Shown: positions 1 to 9,423 of the stretch, piece by piece | Numbering within the stretch: position 1 is the stretch's first letter | Layout of the letters: each line of letters starts with the position of its first letter | Origin: Sediminibacterium sp. | Lineage (GTDB): Bacteria > Bacteroidota > Bacteroidia > Chitinophagales > Chitinophagaceae | Reading direction: 5' to 3' | DNA length: 51,720 nucleotides | NCBI GenBank assembly: GCA_044361485.1 | Contig: JBIKIS010000001.1 | Coordinates: 1-51,720 of the forward strand | Notes under the pieces: model-generated | Told to the model about the DNA's origin: nothing | What the model saw: the letters and a program-made list of their open reading frames with translations, nothing else | The model's database searches: none | Made by a program: the position numbers and the translations under genes

Positions 1-37
1 CCCCTATTAAGGGCAAAGATAGTTAACTATACGCTGC

Positions 38-1288
38 TTAAGCTTCTTCGTCAAATTCGGCTTGAAGCACTTTAAGTACGTCTTCGATGGTTTCTTTTTC
101 GAGGTCGGTTCTACGCTCAAGTTCATCTGCAGTAAGGTTTAAAATACTGCGGGCAGTATCGCAACCAATGCGCTTGAACTCATCAATAACCCAAGCCTCA
201 ATTTCATCACTAAATTCGTCTAAATCAATGTCAAATTCATCAACAACCTCTTCATCTTCTCTAAATACATCAATTTCATAGCCAGTTAATTCACAAGCAA
301 GCTTGATATTAACCCCTCTACGACCAATGGCCAATGAAACCTGGTCTGCTTTTAAAAACACTTCGGCGTGCTTTTTATCGTTGTCTAACTCCATGTAACT
401 AATTTTAGCTGGGGTTAAAGAACGTTGAATTAAGAGTTGAATATTGGTGGTGTGGTTGATCACATCAATGTTTTCGTTTTTCAATTCACGCACAATGCCA
501 TGAATACGAGAACCTTTCATACCCACACAAGCACCTACTGGATCGATACGATCATCGTAACTTTCTACCGCTACTTTAGCACGCTCTCCTGGATCACGTA
601 CAATCTTTTTGATCGCAATTAAACCATCAAAAATTTCTGGTACTTCAATCTCTAATAATTTAGCTAAGAACATTGGACTTGTTCTAGATAAAATAATAAC
701 GGGTGTATTATTTTTAAGATCAACACGTGCTACAACAGCTCTAATGTTTTCACCTTTTTTGAAATAGTCTTGTGGAATTTGCTCCGACTTTGGTAAAATA
801 AGTTCGTTGCCTTCTTCATCCAAAAGAAGTACTTCTTTTTTCCAAACTTGGTAAACTTCGGCACTGATGATATCACCAATACGATCACCATATTTTTTAA
901 TAAGGACATTCTTTTTAAGATCGCTAATACGACTTGCTAAAGTTTGTTTAGCAGCCAAAATAGCTCTTCTACCAAAGTCAATCATGTTAATTTCTTCATA
1001 CAAATCTTCCCCTACTTCAAAGTCGGGTTCAATTTTAATGGCATCGCTGTAACCCACTTCAGATAAGGGATCTATCACTTCACCATCTTCAACAATCAGT
1101 CTACGACGGATGATTTCTAAGTCTCCTTTTTCGGCGTTAACGATAACGTCAAAGTTATCATCACTACCATATTTTTTACGGAGTAATGTTTTAAATACAT
1201 CTTCCACCACTTTCATCATCGTGGGACGATCAATGTTCTCTGCATCTTTAAATTCCTGGAATGCTTCGATAAGATTAATACTAGCCAT
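38..1288 (-). CDS. nusA: Transcription termination/antitermination factor NusA
   Basis: 416 aa with N-terminal domain, S1 and KH motifs (RDPGERAKVAV, DPVGACVGMKGSRI, SLAIGRRGVNIKLA); directly downstream of rimP. Confidence 0.98.
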   Translation of the reverse strand: MASINLIEAFQEFKDAENIDRPTMMKVVEDVFKTLLRKKYGSDDNFDVIVNAEKGDLEIIRRRLIVEDGEVIDPLSEVGYSDAIKIEPDFEVGEDLYEEINMIDFGRRAILAAKQTLASRISDLKKNVLIKKYGDRIGDIISAEVYQVWKKEVLLLDEEGNELILPKSEQIPQDYFKKGENIRAVVARVDLKNNTPVIILSRTSPMFLAKLLEIEVPEIFDGLIAIKKIVRDPGERAKVAVESYDDRIDPVGACVGMKGSRIHGIVRELKNENIDVINHTTNIQLLIQRSLTPAKISYMELDNDKKHAEVFLKADQVSLAIGRRGVNIKLACELTGYEIDVFREDEEVVDEFDIDLDEFSDEIEAWVIDEFKRIGCDTARSILNLTADELERRTDLEKETIEDVLKVLQAEFDEEA

Positions 1289-1315
1289 AACGCTTTATTT
1301 AAAGTTTCAAAAGTT

Positions 1316-1786
1316 TTAAAATTTAATTTGAATCGTTGTTGATTTTATGGTTGAAAACGGAATCACTAATTGTTGTGTTACCATTTTTTTTCCTTTTCCT
1401 TCTGTGTGTTCCATCAAAATATCTGACTCTGTTACTTCAAGTAACAAACCTTCTTTTGTGGTTCCGTCATTGAACATAACCTCTATATTTCTGCCTTTAT
1501 TTTTTACATACTGACGGTGTAATTTTAAAGGTTCGTCGAGTCCTGGAGAAGACAATTCTAACGAAAAATCTCCTTCTGGATAATAGCCTTCCTCTTCAAT
1601 AAGTTTATAGAGTTGCTTGTTAAAGCGAACACATTTTTCAATAGCAATACCCTGATCGCCGTCCAAATACACTTTAATGTTATTGGTAGGTTTGATACGG
1701 ATAGAAACCAAAAAATAGGTAGGCTCCTCTTGTAAGAGCTGCGCTATTAAGGCTTCAATTTTTGCTATTTGTAATTCGTTAGACAT
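1316..1786 (-). CDS. rimP: Ribosome maturation factor RimP
   Basis: LELSSPGLDEPL motif, IKVYLDGDQGIAIEKC; upstream of nusA. Start placed at ATG 1786 because the longer ORF runs through the leader hairpin. Confidence 0.95.
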   Translation of the reverse strand: MSNELQIAKIEALIAQLLQEEPTYFLVSIRIKPTNNIKVYLDGDQGIAIEKCVRFNKQLYKLIEEEGYYPEGDFSLELSSPGLDEPLKLHRQYVKNKGRNIEVMFNDGTTKEGLLLEVTESDILMEHTEGKGKKMVTQQLVIPFSTIKSTTIQIKF

Positions 1787-1789
1787 ATT

Positions 1790-1823
1790 AAAAAAGAAGA
1801 AGGGAACGGTAGCCGTTCCCTTC
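1790..1823 (-). terminator. rimP leader hairpin/attenuator
   Basis: Minus strand GAAGGGAACGG-CTA-CCGTTCCCTTC (11-bp perfect stem) followed by TTCTTTTTT, a few nt before the rimP ATG. Confidence 0.8.
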
Positions 1824-1843
1824 AATTGTTTCATTTTCTAGTG

Positions 1844-1851
1844 CAAATATA
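1844..1851 (-). promoter_or_regulatory. Bacteroidota sigma70 -7 element for rimP-nusA
   Basis: TATATTTG on the minus strand matches TAnnTTTG, just upstream of the leader hairpin. Confidence 0.6.
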
Positions 1852-1896
1852 GTGTTTTTAGGCCTAAACTTCCAAATTTTGCTTTTGTAGAGTCCT

Positions 1897-1904
1897 TACC
1901 TTTG
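1897..1904 (+). promoter_or_regulatory. Bacteroidota -7 element for the 1926 ORF
   Basis: TACCTTTG matches TAnnTTTG about 20 nt before the ATG. Confidence 0.5.
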
Positions 1905-1925
1905 TAGTCTATTACGCTTACCATT

Positions 1926-2174
1926 ATGATGAAACTTCTTTTTTACGGCTTCTTAATCTATGCGCTTTACCGCTTTGTATTTAACGTGGTAGTGCCTGTA
2001 AGTAAGGCCAGCTCTCAAATAAAAAGCACTTTAAAAGAAATGCAAGCGCAGCAAGCCGCTGCTGCCAGGGCGCAACAAGAACAGGCTGCTCAGGCCCAAA
2101 GACAAGCAAAAACAGAGGCTACCAAGCCGGCTCCCAAAGAAGATTACATTGATTTTGAAGAAGTTAAGCCTTAA
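1926..2174 (+). CDS. Small membrane protein, DUF4834-like
   Basis: N-terminal hydrophobic helix, Q/A-rich coil, C-terminal EDYIDFEEVK motif typical of this Bacteroidota family. Confidence 0.7.
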   Translation: MMKLLFYGFLIYALYRFVFNVVVPVSKASSQIKSTLKEMQAQQAAAARAQQEQAAQAQRQAKTEATKPAPKEDYIDFEEVKP

Positions 2175-2800
2175 AGGCCTAGATCTTGAACGGTAATACC
2201 CCCACTTAAATATAGGGTTCTAAGGCCCACTTTTTGAGCCCCTTCTATATTACTGATTGTGTCATCAATAAACAGGGTTTGGGCTGGATCTAGTTTAGCA
2301 TCTTGTATAACCGCCTCAAAAGCAGCAAGTTCCGGCTTTCTTTGCCCTAGTGTATGGGAATAATATGCCGTTTTAAAAAAGTGGTTAAAATCAGTGTTTA
2401 GGCCAATTATAGGGGCAGTTTGGGCGTATATACTAGTAAATGCCTTGTAGTGAATGGCATTTGTATTAGAAAATAAATAAATATTATACTTGTTTTTGAT
2501 TTGATCCAACCAGAGTAGGCGTTCTATTGGAAAATCAAGCAACATGGCATTCCAGGCAGTTTCCAATTGGTCATTAGAAAGGGTCAATCCAGTGGCTTCC
2601 CTGAGGGCCTCGTAAAATGCCTCCGGCTCAATGGCACCCACTTCTAACTGCTCAAATAATGGATTTGCGTGATGCTGGGTATACAAATCATTAAAATTTG
2701 CAACACCCAAATTTTCAAAAGCCTTACGTGTTAGTTGATAATTGAGGTTGATTAAAACGCCGCCTAAATCAAAAATGATATTTTTTACAGGAGTAACCAT
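2171..2800 (-). CDS. HAD-family phosphatase (YihX-like)
   Basis: IIFDLGGVL (motif I), LFSNTN, KPE, FIDD motifs; ATG at 2800. Confidence 0.93.
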   Translation of the reverse strand: MVTPVKNIIFDLGGVLINLNYQLTRKAFENLGVANFNDLYTQHHANPLFEQLEVGAIEPEAFYEALREATGLTLSNDQLETAWNAMLLDFPIERLLWLDQIKNKYNIYLFSNTNAIHYKAFTSIYAQTAPIIGLNTDFNHFFKTAYYSHTLGQRKPELAAFEAVIQDAKLDPAQTLFIDDTISNIEGAQKVGLRTLYLSGGITVQDLGL

Positions 2801-2869
2801 GCTGCAAATTAAGCGCATTATTTTTTACAAATTGACAACATTGATGCCCTACGTTAAGGGTAAATATTT

Positions 2870-2877
2870 TACATTTG
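2870..2877 (+). promoter_or_regulatory. -7 promoter element of the tRNA
   Basis: TACATTTG matches TAnnTTTG about 33 nt upstream of the tRNA 5' end. Confidence 0.55.
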
Positions 2878-2910
2878 CCGCTCATGATTATTTGGGCAAC
2901 CAAATTTTCA

Positions 2911-2984
2911 GGGCCTATAGCTCAGTTGGTTAGAGCACCTGACTCATAATCAGGGGGTCCCAGGATCATGCCCTGGTGGGCCCA
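2911..2984 (+). tRNA. tRNA with CAT anticodon, probably tRNA-Ile2 (lysidine-modified); annotators may call it Met
   Basis: Cloverleaf: acceptor GGGCCTA/TGGGCCC, D stem GCTC/GAGC, anticodon stem CCTGA-CTCATAA-TCAGG, T stem CCAGG/CCTGG, discriminator A; CCA not encoded. Lacks the initiator features (1:72 mismatch, three anticodon-stem G-C pairs). Confidence 0.93.
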
Positions 2985-2986
2985 CA
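2943..2986 (+). repeat. attL core (tRNA 3' half), copy 1 of 3
   Basis: CTCATAATCAGGGGGTCCCAGGATCATGCCCTGGTGGGCCCACA, repeated at 10307 and 18182. Confidence 0.95.
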
Positions 2987-2994
2987 TGAAAATC

Positions 2995-3032
2995 AAGGGT
3001 TTATAAAGGATTTCCTTTGTAAACCCTTTTTT
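2995..3032 (+). terminator. Intrinsic terminator after the tRNA (island-1 left end)
   Basis: AAGGGTTTATAAAGGA-TT-TCCTTTGTAAACCCTT plus T tract. Confidence 0.8.
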
Positions 3033-3033
3033 C

Positions 3034-3075
3034 TTGCAAAAAAATTGCAAAAATTATATGAAACAGGATGCAAAA
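3034..3075 (+). repeat. Arm-type-like repeat, island-1 left
   Basis: TTGCAAAAAAATTGCAAAAA...AGGATGCAAAA, repeated at 10172-10212. Confidence 0.8.
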
Positions 3076-3281
3076 AAATGAAAAATAACCCAATACCTAT
3101 AAAATGATAGATTAAATAGGTAGTACTAAATGTGACATTTTCAGATAAAAAACCATGCAACAAGTTGTGTCATAATGTGAACACTGATGAAATCCAACAT
3201 AGTTTCAAATTAAATTAGCTTTAATGCGCCATTCTTGATTATGTTATATTATCAGCTAACTTTAAGTTTATATTTAACTCT

Positions 3282-6200
3282 ATGATTCTAAAGGAACTTA
3301 CACCAAGAAAAGCACTAAATAAAGCATATCTAAAAGCTCCAACAAACAGGACTGATATAGAAACTTTCAAAAGTAATCTTATAAGCCTTCTTGACAGTGT
3401 TAATAATTCAGAAAGCGAAGAGTTTCATAAAAATTTGGTTAAAAAGTTTCTAGAGAAAACTTATTACGACCCTTCGTATTTTATAAATACAAAAGGCCGA
3501 AACGACCTAGTTATTCACAATGGAAGTACAGCAAAAAATTCAGTTGGTATTATTATAGAAGCAAAAAGTCCAACTAATAAAAATGAGATGATAACCACTA
3601 AGAAAATGAATGCGAAAGCATTACAAGAATTAGTGTTGTATTACCTACGTGAGAGAATAACACAAAACAATCTTGAAATTAAACACTTGGTTGCAACCAA
3701 TATAAACGAATGGTTCATTTTTGATTCTGTTGTATTTGAACGCCAATTTGCTCAAAACAAAAGTTTAGAAAAGAAATTTCTTGATTTTGAGAATGGAAGA
3801 TTATCTGATACAAAAACGGATTTCTTTTACAAACAAATTGCTGAACCTTTCATTGATGAAATAACTTCAGAATTAGAATTTACATATTTTAATATACAAG
3901 ACTATAAAGATGCATTAAGAAATAACAATAAAACCGACGATAACGCACTTATTGCATTATACAAGGTCTTGTCACCAGAACATTTCTTAAAATTACCATT
4001 TATTAATGACAGCAATAGTTTAGATAAACGTTTTTACAGTGAGCTTCTTCACATAATAGGTTTAATAGAAACCAAAGATGGAGGTAAGAAATTAATTCAA
4101 CGGAATCCTATAAATGAAAGGAATTCAGCTAGTATTATAGAAGATACAATTATACAACTAGATAGTCTAAATAAAATAAAGCAACTTGGACGCCCTACTC
4201 AATATGGACTGACATATGAAGAACAGTTGTATAATATTGGGCTTGAATTATCTATAACCTGGATTAATAGAATTCTGTTCCTAAAGCTTTTAGAAGCACA
4301 ATTGATTTCATATCATAAAGGAGACAAATCTTATTCCTTTCTTACCCTAGACAAAATAAAGAATTATGATGACCTTAATAGTTTATTCTTTCAGGTTTTA
4401 GCTAAAAGATTTGATGAAAGAAATCAAGATGTAAAAATTGCATTTGAAAAAGTCCCTTACCTTAATAGTTCATTATTTGAACCAACAGAAATTGAGCAAT
4501 CTACACTGTTTATTAGTAACCTAAGAGATAATAAACAAATTCCAATAATTTCTACTACAGTATTAAAAAACAATTCAGGAAAAAAATTAACGGGAGAGCT
4601 AACCACTCTGCAATACCTATTTAGTTTCTTAAATGCATATGATTTTACGAGCGTTGGCTCAGAAGAAATACAGGAGGAAAATAAATCGCTCATCAATGCC
4701 TCTGTACTAGGTCTGATATTTGAAAAAATTAATGGATATAAAGATGGGTCTTTCTTTACACCAGGTTACATAACAATGTTTATGAGCCGTGAGACAATTC
4801 GGAAATCTATAATTCAAAAGTTTAACTCTAAAAAGGGGTGGAATTGTGTAACTATTGAGGAAATCTACAATAAAATTGAAGACCTACATGAAGCCAATGA
4901 AATAGTCAATAGTATTAAAATATGCGACCCTGCGGTAGGTTCTGGACACTTTTTGGTGTCGGCTTTGAATGAGTTAATTGCAGTCAAAAGTGATTTGAAT
5001 ATTCTTTTAGATAAAAATGGGAGAAGACTTAAAGAATATCAAATTGAAGTAGTCAATGACGAACTAATTATAACTGATAATGAAGGAGAACTTTTTGATT
5101 ATAACCCAACAAAAAGGGAAAGTCAAAGAGTCCAAGAGACATTGTTTAATGAAAAACAGACTCTTATTGAAAATTGTCTTTTTGGTGTAGATATAAATAC
5201 CAACTCTGTAAAAATTTGTCGTCTTAGATTGTGGATTGAATTATTGAAAAATTCTTACTATAAAAACGACACTGAACTTGAGACATTACCAAATATTGAC
5301 ATTAATATAAAATGTGGGAACTCTTTAGTTAGTAGATTTCCAATTGATTCAAATATAAGTGATGCACTAAAGGAAAGTAATAGGACAATAGAAAATTATC
5401 GTGCAGCTGTTGATTCATACCGTAATGCCAAAAGCAAAGAACATAAATGGGAAATGGAGAAGCTGATAAGTGACATCAAATCCGACTTCAAAACAAAAAT
5501 AGACAACCCATTCAAAAAGAAAATACAAGCAATACGTGGCAAAGTTGAAAAAACAACGGCAGAAATAAATATTCAAAAACAATGGGGTGAAAAGATAAAC
5601 AAGGATTTAGTTAAAGAATTAGAAATTTCGCAAATTCAACTAAAAAAACTAGAATCAGAAAGAGAAATAATTGAATCAAATATTATTTTTGAAAATGCCT
5701 TTGAGTGGCGATTTGAATTTCCTGAAGTATTAAATGATAATGGAGAATATATTGGATTTGATTTAATAATAGGTAATCCTCCATATATTAATTTCGCAAA
5801 TTTGCCAGAGGCTGAAAGAGAATATTATAACAAATTTGAAATTTATAAAAACAAAACTGATTTATATGCCTTTTTTGTTGATTTAGGCTCAAAAATAAAA
5901 AACAAGTCAGGTTTAATATGCTTAATTATTCCTCACACATGGGTGTCTACAACTAGTTTTTTACCATTAAGAAAACTGCTACTAAATGAATTAAATTTAA
6001 GCTTTTTAGTTGAGTTAGATTTTGGTGTATTCAAAGACGCTTATGTAAAAACAGTAATTATTCAAACTGACAATAATCCTAAATCTTTCATTTCATTATA
6101 CGATGAAAATTTCAAATTAAAAGTTGAAATACCGAAAGAAATAATTCAAAAAGATGATGAATTAAAAATTAACTTAACCTGGGATTCAACAAAATATGAT

Positions 6201-6854
6201 ATCTACACAAAAATTAAAAAGGATGCTACTAAACTTGGAGAGATTGTCCATTTTTCTAGAGGTATAAAAACAAGTGATGATAGTAGATTTTTATACAAGG
6301 TCAATAAAGGAGAAGACTTTTATAAAGTTATACGTGGTAGAAACATAAAAGCATACCGAATTGATTACGACAATGAATTCATATGGTATCGACCAGATTT
6401 AATGAAAGAAAAAGCGGGTTGCCTTCCACACTCTAAGGAACTTTTTTTAGCAAAAGAAAAAATTATTACTCAAAGAATTAATAGTAGTGGTCAGTTATTA
6501 GCCACATATGACAATGATAAATTCTTCTGTTTAGATACTACAAATGTAACCTCTGAAATTTTAGATGAAAAATGTAACTTGAAGTTCATTGTTGGAGTTA
6601 TGAATTCAAAATTAATTAATTGGTGGTTCAATGACGAATTCAAAAACCCAACAATTAGTGGATATGAATTACATCAAATTCCCATAAAGAGAAATGAAAA
6701 AATAGAAATAAGTATTACTGAACTAGTAAGTGAAATTTTAGAAAATATAAATTCTGAAAACTTGGTACTTAAAAATAAAAATGAAATTGATGAGCTAGTA
6801 TACGAGCTTTACCAATTATCAAAAGAAGAAATTGAAATTGTAGAGAAAAAGTAA
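3282..6854 (+). CDS. Type IIG restriction-modification enzyme (Eco57I-like fused REase-MTase with TaqI-like specificity region)
   Basis: N-terminal D...IIIEAK nuclease motif, GSFFTPGYI, DPAVGSGHF (motif I), IGNPPY (motif IV, amino-MTase), C-terminal EIDELVYELYQLSKEEI tail. Confidence 0.93.
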   Translation: MILKELTPRKALNKAYLKAPTNRTDIETFKSNLISLLDSVNNSESEEFHKNLVKKFLEKTYYDPSYFINTKGRNDLVIHNGSTAKNSVGIIIEAKSPTNKNEMITTKKMNAKALQELVLYYLRERITQNNLEIKHLVATNINEWFIFDSVVFERQFAQNKSLEKKFLDFENGRLSDTKTDFFYKQIAEPFIDEITSELEFTYFNIQDYKDALRNNNKTDDNALIALYKVLSPEHFLKLPFINDSNSLDKRFYSELLHIIGLIETKDGGKKLIQRNPINERNSASIIEDTIIQLDSLNKIKQLGRPTQYGLTYEEQLYNIGLELSITWINRILFLKLLEAQLISYHKGDKSYSFLTLDKIKNYDDLNSLFFQVLAKRFDERNQDVKIAFEKVPYLNSSLFEPTEIEQSTLFISNLRDNKQIPIISTTVLKNNSGKKLTGELTTLQYLFSFLNAYDFTSVGSEEIQEENKSLINASVLGLIFEKINGYKDGSFFTPGYITMFMSRETIRKSIIQKFNSKKGWNCVTIEEIYNKIEDLHEANEIVNSIKICDPAVGSGHFLVSALNELIAVKSDLNILLDKNGRRLKEYQIEVVNDELIITDNEGELFDYNPTKRESQRVQETLFNEKQTLIENCLFGVDINTNSVKICRLRLWIELLKNSYYKNDTELETLPNIDINIKCGNSLVSRFPIDSNISDALKESNRTIENYRAAVDSYRNAKSKEHKWEMEKLISDIKSDFKTKIDNPFKKKIQAIRGKVEKTTAEINIQKQWGEKINKDLVKELEISQIQLKKLESEREIIESNIIFENAFEWRFEFPEVLNDNGEYIGFDLIIGNPPYINFANLPEAEREYYNKFEIYKNKTDLYAFFVDLGSKIKNKSGLICLIIPHTWVSTTSFLPLRKLLLNELNLSFLVELDFGVFKDAYVKTVIIQTDNNPKSFISLYDENFKLKVEIPKEIIQKDDELKINLTWDSTKYDIYTKIKKDATKLGEIVHFSRGIKTSDDSRFLYKVNKGEDFYKVIRGRNIKAYRIDYDNEFIWYRPDLMKEKAGCLPHSKELFLAKEKIITQRINSSGQLLATYDNDKFFCLDTTNVTSEILDEKCNLKFIVGVMNSKLINWWFNDEFKNPTISGYELHQIPIKRNEKIEISITELVSEILENINSENLVLKNKNEIDELVYELYQLSKEEIEIVEKK

Positions 6855-6863
6855 ATATTGAGG

Positions 6864-7520
6864 CTAATTTCCTACGATTAACCTTTTCACTGCAATAGCT
6901 GAAAATTTACACCCTCTTCTTGTTTTATACCCGTTAGAGTTTAATTCCTTTGATATTTCAGTTAAATTCACGTAACCATTTTTCATTTGAAAATGTTCTA
7001 TAAAGGTTTTAGCCCTTCTCCAATTTTCATTTGATGTTTTATTAAACTTTACTACCTCTAACCCTTTAATCCTCCCCTCTTTTGTAAAATTTTGAGGTGT
7101 ACCTAGTTTCACACCTCTTTTTTTTAATTCTTCTAATCCTCTTTTTGTTCTTGATGAGATTAATTCTCTTTCCCATTGGGCAACACTACCAAAAATTCCT
7201 AGTGTAAGGGTATTAAGCTCAGGCAGTTCTATACAACGTAATTTAACTCCCATGTTTCTGAGCGTAAATAAAAACTCTACTTCTCTACTAAGTCTATCTA
7301 ATTTTGTAAAAAGCAGTGTATATCCGTTTTTTACACAAAGGTTGACTGCAATTTCTAAACCTTCTCTTTCATTATTCTTACCTGACTCTTGTTCGGACAC
7401 AATATCAACAAGAAAATCATTATTTGAAGTAATAAACTGACTAATTCTTGATTTTTGTTCTTCAAGTCCTAGAACTTGTTTTCCTGTACTTGTTCGTACA
7501 TACCCTATGTATTTTTCCAT
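6864..7520 (-). CDS. Small serine recombinase (resolvase/invertase family)
   Basis: GYVRTST catalytic Ser, ESGK, KLDRLSR, ERELISSRTK, C-terminal helix-turn-helix (ISKELNSNGYKTRRG). Confidence 0.92.
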   Translation of the reverse strand: MEKYIGYVRTSTGKQVLGLEEQKSRISQFITSNNDFLVDIVSEQESGKNNEREGLEIAVNLCVKNGYTLLFTKLDRLSREVEFLFTLRNMGVKLRCIELPELNTLTLGIFGSVAQWERELISSRTKRGLEELKKRGVKLGTPQNFTKEGRIKGLEVVKFNKTSNENWRRAKTFIEHFQMKNGYVNLTEISKELNSNGYKTRRGCKFSAIAVKRLIVGN

Positions 7521-7621
7521 AAAAATTGTTTATGGCTAATATACGGCTCTACTTGTATCATGCCAAGGATGTTGGTTTAAGATTTGTAAAATTTCTCAAA
7601 AACACTAGCAATCACTAGTTT

Positions 7622-8017
7622 TTAATCTAAAAAATCAAGAGACGACTGGTGTTTGAAAAACTCAAAAAATATTCTATCTTCTAAGGGGATTGAAATATGA
7701 GGTGTTGCAACATTCCTTTCAAATCTCTTGAATGGACGAATAATCCTTATGTCTTTAATTGAAAAATAATTACAATAGGATTGCAGAAGGGTTTTTAAGT
7801 TTCGGGGTTCATCAGAATACTTTACCCAAAGTGGATTCTTTTTAATTGATAGGGTTACAGCCACTTCATAATCCTTTGAAAGTAGAGTCTTACTGATTAC
7901 ATATGTAAGAATATAATCCTCTTTCTCAAATATCTTACTATAGTTCTTTAATCCTTTTTCAAAAATTGAAAAAAGCCTAAAATACTTTTCTTTACCAATG
8001 TTAAATGTAGTTTTCAT
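7622..8017 (-). CDS. Hypothetical protein
   Basis: 131-aa ORF with ATG, co-oriented with neighbours; no motif recognised. Confidence 0.55.
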   Translation of the reverse strand: MKTTFNIGKEKYFRLFSIFEKGLKNYSKIFEKEDYILTYVISKTLLSKDYEVAVTLSIKKNPLWVKYSDEPRNLKTLLQSYCNYFSIKDIRIIRPFKRFERNVATPHISIPLEDRIFFEFFKHQSSLDFLD

Positions 8018-8067
8018 ACAAGCTAATTTACAGCTGTATGACTAAATGGCATAATATATTCAGATTC

Positions 8068-8520
8068 TTAATTCAACAAATCCCACCTTTCCAAGTATTC
8101 TCCCTTAATATCTTCAAACTTTCTCATATCAGTATCTTTATGAGCTTGTCCATTTTTTCCAGGTGTTTTTAACCACTTACTATGTGACAACTTTACAATC
8201 TTTGAAAGAGTTTTACTTGGTATAATAAAATAGTCAGGTCTTTCAAACTCTCCTTTTAATGAAACAAAAATGTAATAATGTGAATCAGAACTTGATAATT
8301 CCGATTTCTTATTCAAAATCCATTTCCTATTATTAATTTGACTTGTTTTTACTTGAATTGCAAACATTTTGTCTTTGTTACTTAGTTTAGATGCGTGTAT
8401 ATCAATACTCTCATTATTCCTTAATGTGACGGAAGCCATAAACCCTCTCAAGGATAATTCAGCAGCTACAAAATACTCGCCTGCAATCCCTGTTAATCCA
8501 TTTGACAATTTTTCTTTCAT
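8068..8520 (-). CDS. Small PD-(D/E)xK-fold nuclease-like protein
   Basis: GIAGEYFVAAELSLRG...IDI...IQVKT fits the E..D..(Q/E)xK restriction-endonuclease-fold motif; ATG at 8520. Confidence 0.75.
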   Translation of the reverse strand: MKEKLSNGLTGIAGEYFVAAELSLRGFMASVTLRNNESIDIHASKLSNKDKMFAIQVKTSQINNRKWILNKKSELSSSDSHYYIFVSLKGEFERPDYFIIPSKTLSKIVKLSHSKWLKTPGKNGQAHKDTDMRKFEDIKGEYLERWDLLN

Positions 8521-8559
8521 TTTTTTGATATTAAAAAAGTAAATAAGCAAATCTGTTTG

Positions 8560-9423
8560 TTATTTAACAAAACTCGTTCCTTTACAGTTATTACATTTTA
8601 TCCACCCACTCCCCTTACAAGTATTGCAAACTCTAAGTGACTTAGAACTAAATGCCCCCTCCACAATTCTACCTGAACCCCCACAACGGTCTTTACACAA
8701 TACACTACCTGGTCTCATTTCTGCATCGCCACGGTCCTCAACATAAATGTCTTTTGCTAAATCAAATCTCCTAATTTGTTTCTGTCTTTTCCAGCAATAT
8801 GTACATTTTTTTTCCGAAGCACTAGTTGATTGTTTGGAATTATTTAACTTTTGAGAAGATGGTTTAAGGTCATCTGCAAAGAGCGCATTTAGTAAATCCT
8901 GTTGTGAAACTCCATCAATTATTCCAGAGGGTACTTTTGTATTTGACTTTTTAGTCTTTCCATACAAGGTTGCGGCATTTAGTTTTTGATTTCTAGTCGT
9001 TACGGCAGTTGAATTAACATTTACCAAATCACGAACGGGTCTAACACATTCTACAAAAGCATCAGTTACAAAAGCTCCACCATCATTGGTGCCTTTTAAA
9101 AAAAATGGACCAATCCAATAATAATTTTTATCACCCTCAGAACTAGTCCAATAACTCAACCCTCTACTAAGCCCTTTAAGTTTATTACGATTTTGATACA
9201 ATATATTTAATTCTTCCTTTGTGGGTAATCTCCAACCATTACCTAAATCAGCACAAGCGTTTACTGCTTGGTCATGATTCATAGTTCCTATGTCATTTTG
9301 TGCGACTTCAAGGTGTCCAATTTTTACTGTACTGCCTATTAGATTTGTTTGGGCTTTTAGTTTTATAGAAAAAAATAAAATCACAATTAATAGAATCTGA
9401 AAAAACTTTAGATTGATTTTCAT
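8560..9423 (-). CDS. Secreted DUF1566/Lcl (C-type lectin fold) protein with Cys-rich C-terminal domain
   Basis: Signal peptide ending ..KAQ; CADLGNGWRLPTKEEL...YWTSSE...VRPVR; C-terminal CxxC and CxxCxGxG repeats. Confidence 0.85.
   Translation of the reverse strand: MKINLKFFQILLIVILFFSIKLKAQTNLIGSTVKIGHLEVAQNDIGTMNHDQAVNACADLGNGWRLPTKEELNILYQNRNKLKGLSRGLSYWTSSEGDKNYYWIGPFFLKGTNDGGAFVTDAFVECVRPVRDLVNVNSTAVTTRNQKLNAATLYGKTKKSNTKVPSGIIDGVSQQDLLNALFADDLKPSSQKLNNSKQSTSASEKKCTYCWKRQKQIRRFDLAKDIYVEDRGDAEMRPGSVLCKDRCGGSGRIVEGAFSSKSLRVCNTCKGSGWIKCNNCKGTSFVK

Noticed and set aside
1787-1834. N-terminal extension of RimP in the ORF track
   Set aside because: It runs through the leader hairpin and U tract (FFFF); ATG 1786 gives a normal RimP.
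2742-2933. 63-aa plus-strand ORF
   Set aside because: Overlaps the HAD gene antisense, the promoter and the tRNA 5' end.
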